From the IMG/VR virus record IMGVR_UViG_3300034418_005550: 64,000 bases of DNA; one strand, 5' to 3'. The position numbers were made by a program, and so were the translations under genes. The stretch comes from an uncultured virus (IMG/VR IMGVR_UViG_3300034418_005550) (Duplodnaviria; Heunggongvirae; Uroviricota; Caudoviricetes). Below are positions 19,134-28,222 of this stretch, piece by piece. The notes beneath the pieces were generated by a model, which saw only the letters and a program-made list of their open reading frames with translations, searched no databases and was not told the origin of the DNA. Every line of letters starts with the position of its first letter. Within the stretch, counting starts at the first letter, position 1.

Positions 19134-20529
19134 TATCACTACTTAGATATGTAATCAAACCTGGAAGAAAACAAGTAATACATGTTCCTATCCACATCAA
19201 ACTAGAACTTACATCAGTAAATCTTCCGAGCATATAAACAGGCAAGCCGATAGCAAGCCCTGCAAGTATTCCCCAAAACATTCCTTTTTCACTTGGCTTA
19301 ACATTTTTATTTTCAAGTCCAATGATTGTTAATAATGTTGGTATAAGTGTTCCTGCTCTTAAAGTTCCATAAAATAAAAACAAATAAACTATTTCCATAT
19401 TAGGAATATTTGCAACTAATAAGCCAAAAACTACCAAAACTATCATGCCTTTTTTTGCATTACTTACTACTTCGCCCTCATTAGTTGTCAAGTCTTCACC
19501 TACTAGAGAAGATATTGAACACAAACAAGAATCTAATGTAGAGATTAGCCCAGATAAAAGAGCAATTAAAAATGGTATAGCTGTCCATTGAGGTAAAGTA
19601 GCTAATACTATTTCAACATTTACAAGTTGGTTAGAGTCTGGAACAAATCCAGATCCTGCCGCTACAAAACCAAAAACTGACATAAGAATTGGAACAACAC
19701 CAAATATAGCTGCACCTTTTAAGAATGCTGTTTTTACTTGGTTTTGTTCTGTAGCATATGCTCGTTGCCAAAAAGATTGGTCACCGAATGAGCCAGATAA
19801 TAAACCGATTGTTACTGAAATTCCAAAACTAAAAAAAATACTACCGCCTACACCACTAAACATATTTGTAGCCTCACCTGCAAATCCATTTAGTCCAGAT
19901 CTAAAAGTATCAAAGCCAACAACACTTAGAATCCATGGAACAAGAACAAAAGCAACACCGCCTATTATGGCCATTTGCAAATAATCTGTTCTTACTGACG
20001 CACCTAAACCTGCATTATAAGAATAAGCAACGGCAATTAAAGCCATTGCAAAAGTAATAGCTGTGAAATTAATTCCAGTTAAAGATTGCACTACAGCTCC
20101 ACCTGCTAATAACTGCACGGCAAAAGAACATATTGAAAGAGCTGATAATGATACTATATAAATTTTTTGAACTCTTTTTGAATGCATTTTTTCCATTGTG
20201 CTTGACAATGTAAATGCTTTTTTGTATTTATTTCTAACCTTTTGTCCTAAATAAGCAAATAAAACTAATGTCAATATATTGGGAACAGTAAAATAAAATA
20301 CACCTATCCAACCATTGTTATAAGCCTGCTGACTTGCAACAAAAAGTGCAGGTGCCCAAATCCAAGTCGCAGCGATTGAAAAACCTGCCTCAGTTGAGTT
20401 AAGTTTTCTGTTAGCTACTAAATAAGATTCTTTTGTATTAGCTTTAATTTTATAAGTTGTAGCAATTCCTATTGCTAAGGCTGCATATAAAGCTATAAAA
20501 ATCCAACCTTGTAATTGACTAAATATCAT
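19105..20529 (-). CDS. Sodium:solute symporter (SSS) family transporter
   Basis: Many TM helices; YLVANR, SIAATWIWA, GL.ASV.TD..Q, DQSFWQRAYA, STLDS motifs. Confidence 0.9.
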   Translation of the reverse strand: MIFSQLQGWIFIALYAALAIGIATTYKIKANTKESYLVANRKLNSTEAGFSIAATWIWAPALFVASQQAYNNGWIGVFYFTVPNILTLVLFAYLGQKVRNKYKKAFTLSSTMEKMHSKRVQKIYIVSLSALSICSFAVQLLAGGAVVQSLTGINFTAITFAMALIAVAYSYNAGLGASVRTDYLQMAIIGGVAFVLVPWILSVVGFDTFRSGLNGFAGEATNMFSGVGGSIFFSFGISVTIGLLSGSFGDQSFWQRAYATEQNQVKTAFLKGAAIFGVVPILMSVFGFVAAGSGFVPDSNQLVNVEIVLATLPQWTAIPFLIALLSGLISTLDSCLCSISSLVGEDLTTNEGEVVSNAKKGMIVLVVFGLLVANIPNMEIVYLFLFYGTLRAGTLIPTLLTIIGLENKNVKPSEKGMFWGILAGLAIGLPVYMLGRFTDVSSSLMWIGTCITCFLPGLITYLSSDNGQKIIYYS

Positions 20530-21184
20530 TTTGTTCTTTCCAATCTACGCATAGATCCACTAAAGCATTGACACTGTTTCCAGTTGAATAAATATCTTTA
20601 GCTTTATTAATTGCGTCCATAATTTTTTCCCTTTGTTCTTTTGTGACAGCGTAGTTCAACTTATAATAAGTTTCACCTGTTTCACTTTGCCCCAAGAATT
20701 CAGGTTGCTCCGTATTTAAAGTGCTGATGTAATCTGCAAAAACTGATTTAGAATCTAATTTCAATGTTTCGTTTTTAACAATTCTTTCCAGATCGTCTAA
20801 GTCATCAAGATTAAAACCTGTTCCAACTAAACTTTTTTCAGTTTTAGTGAGTTCAGTTAATTGCTCAACCAATGCAGGATAATCATAATCAGCTAAATCA
20901 TTTGCTCGATTATCTATCAAAACAATTCTCTTGGCTGTGTCTTCATCTACATCAACATAAGTTACAGCAATTTTATCCCACTTTAAATGTAGTGCAGCTT
21001 GATAGGTATGATTACCTGCAAGAATTTGCATAGTTCTTTTGTTTACAACTATAGGGCGATATTGCCCATTCTCTTCAAGTGATGTTACAATCGCCCCTAC
21101 ATCGCCCTGCCTTGTATTGTCGGGATATTCAGTAAGCTCTTTAACATCAACGAGCATATTTTTTAAATTGGGTGCTATATTCAT
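20519..21184 (-). CDS. ParB N-terminal domain protein
   Basis: YPDNTRQGDVGAI, ILAGNHT, IVLIDNR; N-domain homologous to 55035-56210. Confidence 0.85.
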   Translation of the reverse strand: MNIAPNLKNMLVDVKELTEYPDNTRQGDVGAIVTSLEENGQYRPIVVNKRTMQILAGNHTYQAALHLKWDKIAVTYVDVDEDTAKRIVLIDNRANDLADYDYPALVEQLTELTKTEKSLVGTGFNLDDLDDLERIVKNETLKLDSKSVFADYISTLNTEQPEFLGQSETGETYYKLNYAVTKEQREKIMDAINKAKDIYSTGNSVNALVDLCVDWKEQNDI

Positions 21185-21201
21185 ATGCTCAAATTATACA
21201 T

Positions 21202-21239
21202 AAAAAAACCGCAAATCAAATCAATTTGCGGTTTTTTTT
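21202..21239. terminator. Bidirectional intrinsic terminator
   Basis: A-run ACCGCAAAT...ATTTGCGGT T-run. Confidence 0.8.
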
Positions 21240-21245
21240 AATTAA

Positions 21246-21707
21246 TTAAGCTATTTTATGGTCAAAAAACAATCCACTTAAACCAATTAGCTCTTTTTCT
21301 GCAAAGTCTGTCCAATGTCCTGTTTCTGTTTTATCAGCACCATTTTGAGAACCATTTTCATAATCTCTCTTTTGAACGAAAAGTGCATAACCATTGTTAT
21401 GTCTTAATGATAATGTGTAATGATACTCAGTATCAGAATGACTTTTGAATTCTTCACCTTTTGCCCAAAAATCACTATGGATTTTTCCAAAAGCGTTAAG
21501 TTCAAATCCAAAAACCTTTTCATCCGCATTAGTAAAAGTAACAAAGTCTTTTAAAAACCCTTTAGAATTGTTAAAGCCCCTTGCATATAATACAAATTCC
21601 ATTAATGCTTGACCTAATCCACCTTTGACATATCCATCATGGTGCTTATAAATTGAAACACTTCCTTCACTTAATGTTTCAATATTTATTGTTGCTCTTG
21701 TACTCAT
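21246..21707 (-). CDS. Hypothetical phage protein (early, own promoter)
   Basis: MSTRA..I...IY.H.DGY N-terminus; upstream TATAAT and AAGGGG RBS. Confidence 0.75.
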   Translation of the reverse strand: MSTRATINIETLSEGSVSIYKHHDGYVKGGLGQALMEFVLYARGFNNSKGFLKDFVTFTNADEKVFGFELNAFGKIHSDFWAKGEEFKSHSDTEYHYTLSLRHNNGYALFVQKRDYENGSQNGADKTETGHWTDFAEKELIGLSGLFFDHKIA

Positions 21708-21843
21708 TTTTAGATTCCCCTTTCAATATTTTCTCGAATCATAAACTCATTATATAATATATAAATTATATATACAAGCAAAAAAACCTTTTTTTTATTG
21801 ATTTTTTATTAGGCTAGATAGTGAGTTGTCTGATTACAAAGCT

Positions 21844-21866
21844 CTTAAATCGGCTCAAAATGGCCT
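21844..21866 (+). repeat. 23-bp inverted repeat, copy 1
   Basis: CTTAAATCGGCTCAAAATGGCCT; exact reverse complement at 29463-29485. Confidence 0.85.
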
Positions 21867-21868
21867 GT

Positions 21869-22357
21869 TTATTCGTCTAAATCTTCATTCCATGTGGTTA
21901 TAAGAGCTGTAACTATATTTACTATCTCATCAAGTTCTGCAATCACTAAACCATTTGAAGTGCCGTCTGGCATTGCAACAAACATAAATGGTCGGCTGTC
22001 CCCTATTCTTTTATTGCTATCTGATTGTTCTTTTGCTTGATTGTATTTTGTCCAGATCGTCTTAACTTGCGCACCTGCTTTAACTTCTACACGAATATTT
22101 CCGCCCCAGTTTTCTTCATGTCCCATTCTGGATCTAAACTTAGCGTCTGGAATCATTAATTTTTTTCTTGCAAGGTTTTGTTTTCTTCTGCCTTTGTTTT
22201 TATTTTTTAAACCACGCTTTTGGTTTTCTGTCCAGTTGTCTTTTTTCTTTACAGTTTTTTGTCCCATACCTTGCAAACCGCGTTCATCGTGCTTGCGTCT
22301 TTTCCAATCTGAATAAGTTTCATCTTCTCTTATATCAAATTCTTTTTTTGTAGCCAT
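21869..22357 (-). CDS. Conserved phage protein, possible PD-(D/E)XK resolvase-like nuclease
   Basis: RVEVKAG motif; close homolog 51043-51516. Confidence 0.5.
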   Translation of the reverse strand: MATKKEFDIREDETYSDWKRRKHDERGLQGMGQKTVKKKDNWTENQKRGLKNKNKGRRKQNLARKKLMIPDAKFRSRMGHEENWGGNIRVEVKAGAQVKTIWTKYNQAKEQSDSNKRIGDSRPFMFVAMPDGTSNGLVIAELDEIVNIVTALITTWNEDLDE

Positions 22358-22512
22358 TTCCATACCATTCTGTTTAGTAGATGATTTTTAATCCAAGCCC
22401 CGCATACCATACATTCTAATGTAATCCAATTCATATGACCTACAACAAAAGTGTTATAACAATCCCAACAAATTATGTAGGTGTTTTCAAAATATATTTC
22501 TTGTTCTTCCAT
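22330..22512 (-). CDS. Small Zn-ribbon protein
   Basis: CWDC...CMVC. Confidence 0.5.
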   Translation of the reverse strand: MEEQEIYFENTYIICWDCYNTFVVGHMNWITLECMVCGAWIKNHLLNRMVWKWLQKKNLI

Positions 22513-22584
22513 AAATTCAGTTTAATGCAAGTAAGTGGCGGTTGGGCTGCAATCCGCCACTTATTGCGCTACTGCGTCAAGTAG

Positions 22585-23034
22585 CTACCCTGTTGGTTTT
22601 TGCTCTATTGGTTTAGGCTTGTCTGAATCTACTTGAGCTTGTAAAACTTTTTCTAACCAATATGGATTGTCGCCTGTCCATAGGTGTAAGCCTAGCCCTA
22701 GATTTCTTGCACATCTTTTAAAAGCGTCTGACTCTGCTTTTTTGAGTAAGTCGCCATTGTTATCTTTTGTATTGATTGTATTTGCACTTCCAGATCCTTG
22801 AACTGCATATGTTTGGTCATCAACAACTACTTGTAATTCCCCAATACAACCACTTACTTGTCCATTAGGTTCATAAATTATTTCCTTAATTGACCAATCA
22901 TAATTCCCGCAGACTTCCAAAAGTCTTTGAGCAATAGTTCCAAAGGGCACATAATCTTCTTCCCCATGTGCTTTTTTGATTTGCTTGATAAAGTCTTTTG
23001 GAAAAACTTTAGCAAGTGCTAATTTTTGTTTCAC
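22585..23034 (-). CDS. Rad52/Sak-like single-strand annealing protein
   Basis: LKKAESDAFKRCARNLGLGLHLW. Confidence 0.8.
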   Translation of the reverse strand: MKQKLALAKVFPKDFIKQIKKAHGEEDYVPFGTIAQRLLEVCGNYDWSIKEIIYEPNGQVSGCIGELQVVVDDQTYAVQGSGSANTINTKDNNGDLLKKAESDAFKRCARNLGLGLHLWTGDNPYWLEKVLQAQVDSDKPKPIEQKPTG

Positions 23035-23152
23035 TTTTTCCCCTTTTTCTTTTTCTTTAATTCATTAAAAGATTCTTTGACATCTTCTATTGAATTTATA
23101 TCAACTATATTTTTTTCTACAGTATTGCCGTCAATGTCCATAAATGTAATTT

Positions 23153-23356
23153 TCATATTCCAACCTTTCCTATAATTGCAACTTCACCTGCAGTGTGTTC
23201 TATCATTTTTGAATTTAAGACAATCATTTTCTTTTGTAAGCTATCCATTTTATGTAAAGCCTCCAATGCCTCAACCATTCTTTTATTTACTTCTTCCAAT
23301 TTCTCAACAGATTTTTCCAGATCGTTGATTTTTTGTAAGAGTTCTTCTTTATTCAT
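23153..23356 (-). CDS. Hypothetical coiled-coil protein
   Basis: Coupled ORF in early operon. Confidence 0.55.
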   Translation of the reverse strand: MNKEELLQKINDLEKSVEKLEEVNKRMVEALEALHKMDSLQKKMIVLNSKMIEHTAGEVAIIGKVGI

Positions 23357-23537
23357 TGTTCTCTCTTCCATTCAACCATTCGGCAATAGTATCTTTTGCC
23401 CACAATGGATTACCACTAACAACAGCGTCTTCTTCTGGAAGTTTCCCGTCACTTCTATATTGTCTGACAGTTTGTTCTTTTAATCCAGTTGCCATTGCTA
23501 TTTCTTGAATACCAAATATGTTTTCCCAATTAATCAT
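23349..23537 (-). CDS. Small HTH DNA-binding protein (AlpA/excisionase-like)
   Basis: GIQEIA..TG...TVRQY...GKLP...G.PLW; homolog 57600-57791. Confidence 0.75.
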   Translation of the reverse strand: MINWENIFGIQEIAMATGLKEQTVRQYRSDGKLPEEDAVVSGNPLWAKDTIAEWLNGRENNE

Positions 23538-23733
23538 TTTTAATCTCGAACATATTATCAGTTGTTATTTCTTCACCTTTATTCAATCGATCCATAAAAT
23601 CAACATTTGGTTTTTGTTCATATTCAAAACCAAACATTTTTGCTAGTTTTACTGCTACTTCACCGAGAAGAGCACCAATAGCAATTATTGAAATAAAAGC
23701 AAAAGCAATATAAATAACGCTTACATCATTCAT
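23530..23733 (-). CDS. Hypothetical membrane protein
   Basis: N-terminal hydrophobic helix. Confidence 0.55.
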   Translation of the reverse strand: MNDVSVIYIAFAFISIIAIGALLGEVAVKLAKMFGFEYEQKPNVDFMDRLNKGEEITTDNMFEIKND

Positions 23734-23923
23734 AGTTGTTCCCTTTCCAAATTACTTATACTTGTGCTTCAATATGTGAAACGCATAAATCACAATGAGG
23801 ATAACTTGCACTGCCTAATTCAATAGGCGGTTCATTATCTTGCATTAATTCTTTACACATGTCACATCTGTAAATAAATAATTCTTTCATAATATATACA
23901 TTATATAAGATACATGCGATATA

Positions 23924-24679
23924 TTAAGCATATATTTTTTGTTCTTCTTGACAGTAATAACAAACATGTAATTGATATTTAGCATGTTCATAACCGCTAT
24001 CACGGAATTTATGGCCATCTGTTTTACAGTCCCAGATCTTTTCAGTTTTTGCTTTTTCTTCTACTCTTCTTAATATTTGACCAAAGTTGCTTGCAATAGC
24101 AGTAGGTGTTATATCAATATCTTTCCAGTTAGTCTTATACCAATCTGATACAGCTCTAACTTCTTCTGTAGTTGCGTTCACTTCTCTTAATTGTTTAGTA
24201 GCTTTTTGTAATCTTCCTAGCTCATTCTTTGGAGCTCTGTTCCAATCTATCCCACAACAATTTGCAATCTCTTCAAATAATAAATCTCTTCTTCTTTTGG
24301 TTTTCTTAATATGGTTTTCTTTGAGCGACTCTGCAGGGGCTACCCTAGTGTCGTCTGTGTCGCTACCCCTAGCGACTGACATGTCCCTACCCTCAAAACG
24401 ATTAAGAAAATATTGATTTACTTTATTACTGCCGTCAGCTTTTTTCTCTCTAAATACTTTTATTGCTTTTATAGTTTCCAGATCCTTAATTGCTCTATCA
24501 ACAGACTTAACAGAACAGCCTGCTCTTTTTGCAATAGTGGATCGTGAGGGATAACACTTCCCCTCACTATCAGCAAAACCACAAAGAACTGAATATATTA
24601 CTTTGCTTTTATCAGATATTTCAGATTCTAAAACCCACCGAGCGACTATGTTAAATTTAACATCAGTTTCAAAATGCAT
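23924..24679 (-). CDS. Replication initiator with N-terminal HTH
   Basis: ISDKSKVIY..L, CYPSRSTIAK..GCS..SVDRAIK.L, NQY; internal repeats; homolog 56207-56959. Confidence 0.8.
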   Translation of the reverse strand: MHFETDVKFNIVARWVLESEISDKSKVIYSVLCGFADSEGKCYPSRSTIAKRAGCSVKSVDRAIKDLETIKAIKVFREKKADGSNKVNQYFLNRFEGRDMSVARGSDTDDTRVAPAESLKENHIKKTKRRRDLLFEEIANCCGIDWNRAPKNELGRLQKATKQLREVNATTEEVRAVSDWYKTNWKDIDITPTAIASNFGQILRRVEEKAKTEKIWDCKTDGHKFRDSGYEHAKYQLHVCYYCQEEQKIYA

Positions 24680-24847
24680 ACAACCCCTTTCATCATCTTT
24701 TAAAACATTCAGAACAAATTGAAAGCCCTAAAAACTCGCCTTTGGTTTTTTGATAGTGCCGTTCTGAACCACCATAAATCATACTTGCACAGCTGTAACA
24801 AGAATGAAACTCAACACAAATACAAGTTGTAAATTCTTCACCTTTAT

Positions 24848-25126
24848 TCATAAATTCAATTTTAGTTCTTCACCAGGTTTAGCAATTAATTGATAATACG
24901 CACCATCACCTTTTTGATTATCAACAACATCAATAATATAACCACGCTTACGCAATTTATGAACTGAACTTGATAACCTGCTTATGTAAAGTTCATATAC
25001 AATTTCTTTTGTTGATAGTGGTTTTTCTTTTTTGAATCTCTCTAAAGCCCAAATTAATTTATCTTCATGAGTCTTTAAAGAGCTAGGCAAAATGCATTCC
25101 CTAAAGCTGTAAGGTATAAACGCCAT
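24848..25126 (-). CDS. Winged-helix DNA-binding protein
   Basis: ISRLSSSVHKLRKRGYII. Confidence 0.6.
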   Translation of the reverse strand: MAFIPYSFRECILPSSLKTHEDKLIWALERFKKEKPLSTKEIVYELYISRLSSSVHKLRKRGYIIDVVDNQKGDGAYYQLIAKPGEELKLNL

Positions 25127-25175
25127 TATTCCTCCTCAGCTTGTCCTTGTAAAAAATAAAAATAATCTTCTTCCA

Positions 25176-25487
25176 TTATTCTTCCCCCAATTCACTTTTC
25201 CAACACTTGTTACATAACATAAAGTCATCAGACTCTAACGGAAAAAAACCAATTTTACTACAAAAAGCACACATAAACCAACGAGGTTCAGCGGTGTCAT
25301 TTCTTGTAAGTAAATTAGTAAAGTATTTTTGTAGTGATTCTTTATCTACTTTTACTTCAATTTTATTTCCATTAAGATCTGGTAATTGAATTATCAATTT
25401 GTTCTCCAATCTTTTTTTATAATTATAACAAAACAATAAAACTGAATGGGCTATAATGAAAACATCTTTATTCATTACATCGTGCAA
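25176..25487 (-). CDS. Hypothetical Zn-finger protein (start uncertain)
   Basis: CAFC...CNKC at C-terminus. Confidence 0.45.
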   Translation of the reverse strand: MHDVMNKDVFIIAHSVLLFCYNYKKRLENKLIIQLPDLNGNKIEVKVDKESLQKYFTNLLTRNDTAEPRWFMCAFCSKIGFFPLESDDFMLCNKCWKSELGEE

Positions 25488-25517
25488 ACGAGTGGTCAGA
25501 ATCTAATTAGTTGTTCT

Positions 25518-26162
25518 CTAATCTTCTGACCATTGTTCGGCCATAGCTTGAGCAACACCTTTAAAAAATACACTTCGCAATTTACTGCGTTCTTCACTAG
25601 GCGGCAAGTTCCATTTACTTGAACGGATATGTTTTGGAAGTTTCATTATTTCTTCTGTTCGGTCATTTGTTTTTTCTAATTTTGGTAAATTTTTTAACCA
25701 TAAAAAAGTTCTTTTTGATTCTAAGTCGCCAAACTCATAAGGTTGAATTATTTGGTCTGCCTCTTTTATATAAGTTGTAATTAATGAGTTAGGATTTTCA
25801 ACGCAAATTTTTGGAATAGGTGCGTCCATTAAGAGCTTTACAAAAGCTAAAGCCTCAAACATTTTTTTTCTACGATCTGGGTAATTTGGGTGTTCTCTTC
25901 TCAAATCTCTTTGTAAGTGCATATCTCTTGGATCATAAAGTGCCCAACTTCCGCTAATAGCAAGATAAGTGCAAGGTGGATGAGCTATCATCAAATCCCA
26001 ACCATCATATAAAATGTCTTTTACATCACCTACATAATGTGTAGCAAGTCCGCCAAAATCACTTTCAGTTTCAAGTAAATCACAACTTACAGCGTCATGA
26101 CCAAGTTTTAAAAATTCATCTCTAACGATTCCTGAATATTCACATGCAACTAAAACTCTCAT
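25518..26162 (-). CDS. Phage C5-cytosine DNA methyltransferase-like protein
   Basis: VLVACEYSG motif I variant, DLMIAHPPC motif IV, VENP motif VI, G.A.AMAEQW end. Confidence 0.75.
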   Translation of the reverse strand: MRVLVACEYSGIVRDEFLKLGHDAVSCDLLETESDFGGLATHYVGDVKDILYDGWDLMIAHPPCTYLAISGSWALYDPRDMHLQRDLRREHPNYPDRRKKMFEALAFVKLLMDAPIPKICVENPNSLITTYIKEADQIIQPYEFGDLESKRTFLWLKNLPKLEKTNDRTEEIMKLPKHIRSSKWNLPPSEERSKLRSVFFKGVAQAMAEQWSED

Positions 26163-26707
26163 TCTTCAGCTTTCCATAACTCATTCCAATTATTATTGTT
26201 CCAACATTCCTTACTAGGTGTCCATGGTTTCCAATAATTATTTCTTGAATGAATATCTTGAACTAAAATTTTACTAATTAAAAAATTGTAGTAAGGAACA
26301 AATTGCACTTTATTTAGTCTATAGAGATTTGGATAATTTGAAATCAATATTCTTCTTAAACTTAATGGAATGTTTTCAACTGGAATATTATTGTAAGTTA
26401 AAACATAAGAATTAAATTTAGGCAAGTCATATTCTGTTGCTACCCAATTCCAAGTGCTAGGTATAACTTGAAATAAACCACTATCATTATTTCCTTTGTT
26501 AAGTGCAAAAGTTTTTCCCCTAGATTCGCACCACGAAACTTTTACAGCTCTCTCTATATTATGAGTTTCAAAATGCTCAACATAATCTTTTGAATATTGA
26601 ATAACATTTGTTGGTAAATAATTATTACATTCTTTTACTTTTAAAATGTCATCTTCTTTTAATGGATCTTGAAGACTAGCAAAGAATAAAATACATTCAA
26701 CAATCAT
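26159..26707 (-). CDS. Lytic transglycosylase (SLT-like)
   Basis: WCES catalytic Glu, DSGLFQV..STW. Confidence 0.8.
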   Translation of the reverse strand: MIVECILFFASLQDPLKEDDILKVKECNNYLPTNVIQYSKDYVEHFETHNIERAVKVSWCESRGKTFALNKGNNDSGLFQVIPSTWNWVATEYDLPKFNSYVLTYNNIPVENIPLSLRRILISNYPNLYRLNKVQFVPYYNFLISKILVQDIHSRNNYWKPWTPSKECWNNNNWNELWKAEE

Positions 26708-26839
26708 ATAAGAAAAGGCTGACTAGGTTTGTTACACGACAGGGGAATCATATATGAAGAACTAATCAGCCTTAAACTTGTTTTAATCATAATGATTATT
26801 TTACATTATAAAAGTGATAAAACCATGTAGAATTGAATA

Positions 26840-27493
26840 ATGGTAAATGCCATAGATTTTAAAAATAGTTTTGTTGCCTTTTCTGGAGGCAAAGATAGTG
26901 TGGCTGTATCAAAATATGTAAGAGAAGAATTAGGTTTATCATTACCTCATGTCGCAGTAATAAATCATGAACTAGATTATGAAGAACATATTGATTATAT
27001 AAGAGATTATTGCGATGATAATAAAATAGAATTGCACTTCCAGATCCTTAAAAATCGTGGCCTAGATTATGTAATACATAATCCAAAATATATATTCCCT
27101 TTTGATTCAAAAGTAAAAGGTGATTGGTTTAGAAAATTTCAACAATATGGAATTAAAAAATTTGCAAAAGACAATAATTATTCAACAATAATTTATGGCC
27201 GAAGAATAGCAGACGGCAATAATATTAAATCAGAATATTATAAAACAGCTGATAATCTTTTTCATTATTTTCCTTTAAGGATCTGGAGCAACGAGCATAC
27301 AAATTATTACATATCAAAGGAAGAGCTGTCGCCTATATATGAAACAGAATTAGGTAAAAGGCGTGGAACACACACTATCAATATTGCTAATGAATATAAT
27401 GGAACAGATGAAATTGGGCTTGAATTAGTAAAATCAATTAGTCCAGATAAAGCAAAAATTGTTGAAGAGCTTTTAAAAATTAAATATAAATAA
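26840..27493 (+). CDS. PP-loop/PAPS-reductase family protein
   Basis: VAFSGGKDS, IYGRRIAD, PLRIWS. Confidence 0.8.
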   Translation: MVNAIDFKNSFVAFSGGKDSVAVSKYVREELGLSLPHVAVINHELDYEEHIDYIRDYCDDNKIELHFQILKNRGLDYVIHNPKYIFPFDSKVKGDWFRKFQQYGIKKFAKDNNYSTIIYGRRIADGNNIKSEYYKTADNLFHYFPLRIWSNEHTNYYISKEELSPIYETELGKRRGTHTINIANEYNGTDEIGLELVKSISPDKAKIVEELLKIKYK

Positions 27494-27544
27494 TTACACT
27501 TTTTTATATATATTCTATATAATGGATTGTATGAAAGGGGAATT

Positions 27545-27742
27545 ATGAAAGTAATTACAGCAGTAGAAATTGATTGCATTAATCCAAATTGTAATGATGA
27601 TTGTTGCTATGAAGACAAACAACATTTTAATTTAGTTTATGTAATTAATAATGAAGTAGAAGAATATAACTGTGACAATTGTGGAGCAGTTTTACCTATT
27701 GACAAAGAGTTAATAGAACAATTAAAAAGGGGGCATGAATAA
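27545..27742 (+). CDS. Small Cys-rich hypothetical protein
   Basis: GGGGG RBS, upstream TATAAT; CINPNC...CDNC. Confidence 0.6.
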   Translation: MKVITAVEIDCINPNCNDDCCYEDKQHFNLVYVINNEVEEYNCDNCGAVLPIDKELIEQLKRGHE

Positions 27743-28002
27743 TGTTAGCTATAAACTCAACTTTTAATGAAGTTGAAATGGATGTAAAAGCAGGAATAAA
27801 AGTTAATGCTGTAGCAGCATTAAATTATGTTCTTGAATTGGAAGGTGAAATATGTTCGTTAGACAGAACATTTACTTCTAATTTAAGGCATTGTGTTTAT
27901 ATATTAAAAGAGAGAACTGCTAAAGAAATTTACAAAGAAGAATGTAAATGTGGTGGCTCGAATAGAAAACATAGTAAATATGTTTATGATTGGGCTAGTT
28001 AG
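27742..28002 (+). CDS. Hypothetical protein
   Basis: TAATG-coupled ORF followed by terminator. Confidence 0.6.
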   Translation: MLAINSTFNEVEMDVKAGIKVNAVAALNYVLELEGEICSLDRTFTSNLRHCVYILKERTAKEIYKEECKCGGSNRKHSKYVYDWAS

Positions 28003-28014
28003 TTAAATAAAATT

Positions 28015-28050
28015 CAGCCTATCAATTAATTTTGGTAGGCTGTTTTTTTT
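28015..28050 (+). terminator. Intrinsic terminator
   Basis: CAGCCTATCAA...TTGGTAGGCTG + T8. Confidence 0.75.
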
Positions 28051-28183
28051 CATCCAAATTGATTTCTATTGGTTCAGTAAGGTGAAAAATTCCTTTTGGA
28101 AGTTCTCTTATCTCTACTGAATCATTATCTGTATGAATGACACTAACTTTGTAGCCTGTGTTATCAATAGCAATAACTTTCAT
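28022..28183 (-). CDS. Small hypothetical protein
   Basis: 53 aa MKVIAIDNTG...KGIFHL; positional homolog 63758-63895. Confidence 0.55.
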   Translation of the reverse strand: MKVIAIDNTGYKVSVIHTDNDSVEIRELPKGIFHLTEPIEINLDEKKQPTKIN

Positions 28184-28222
28184 ACTAAAAATTATACATA
28201 ATATATATAATTATGTCTATAT

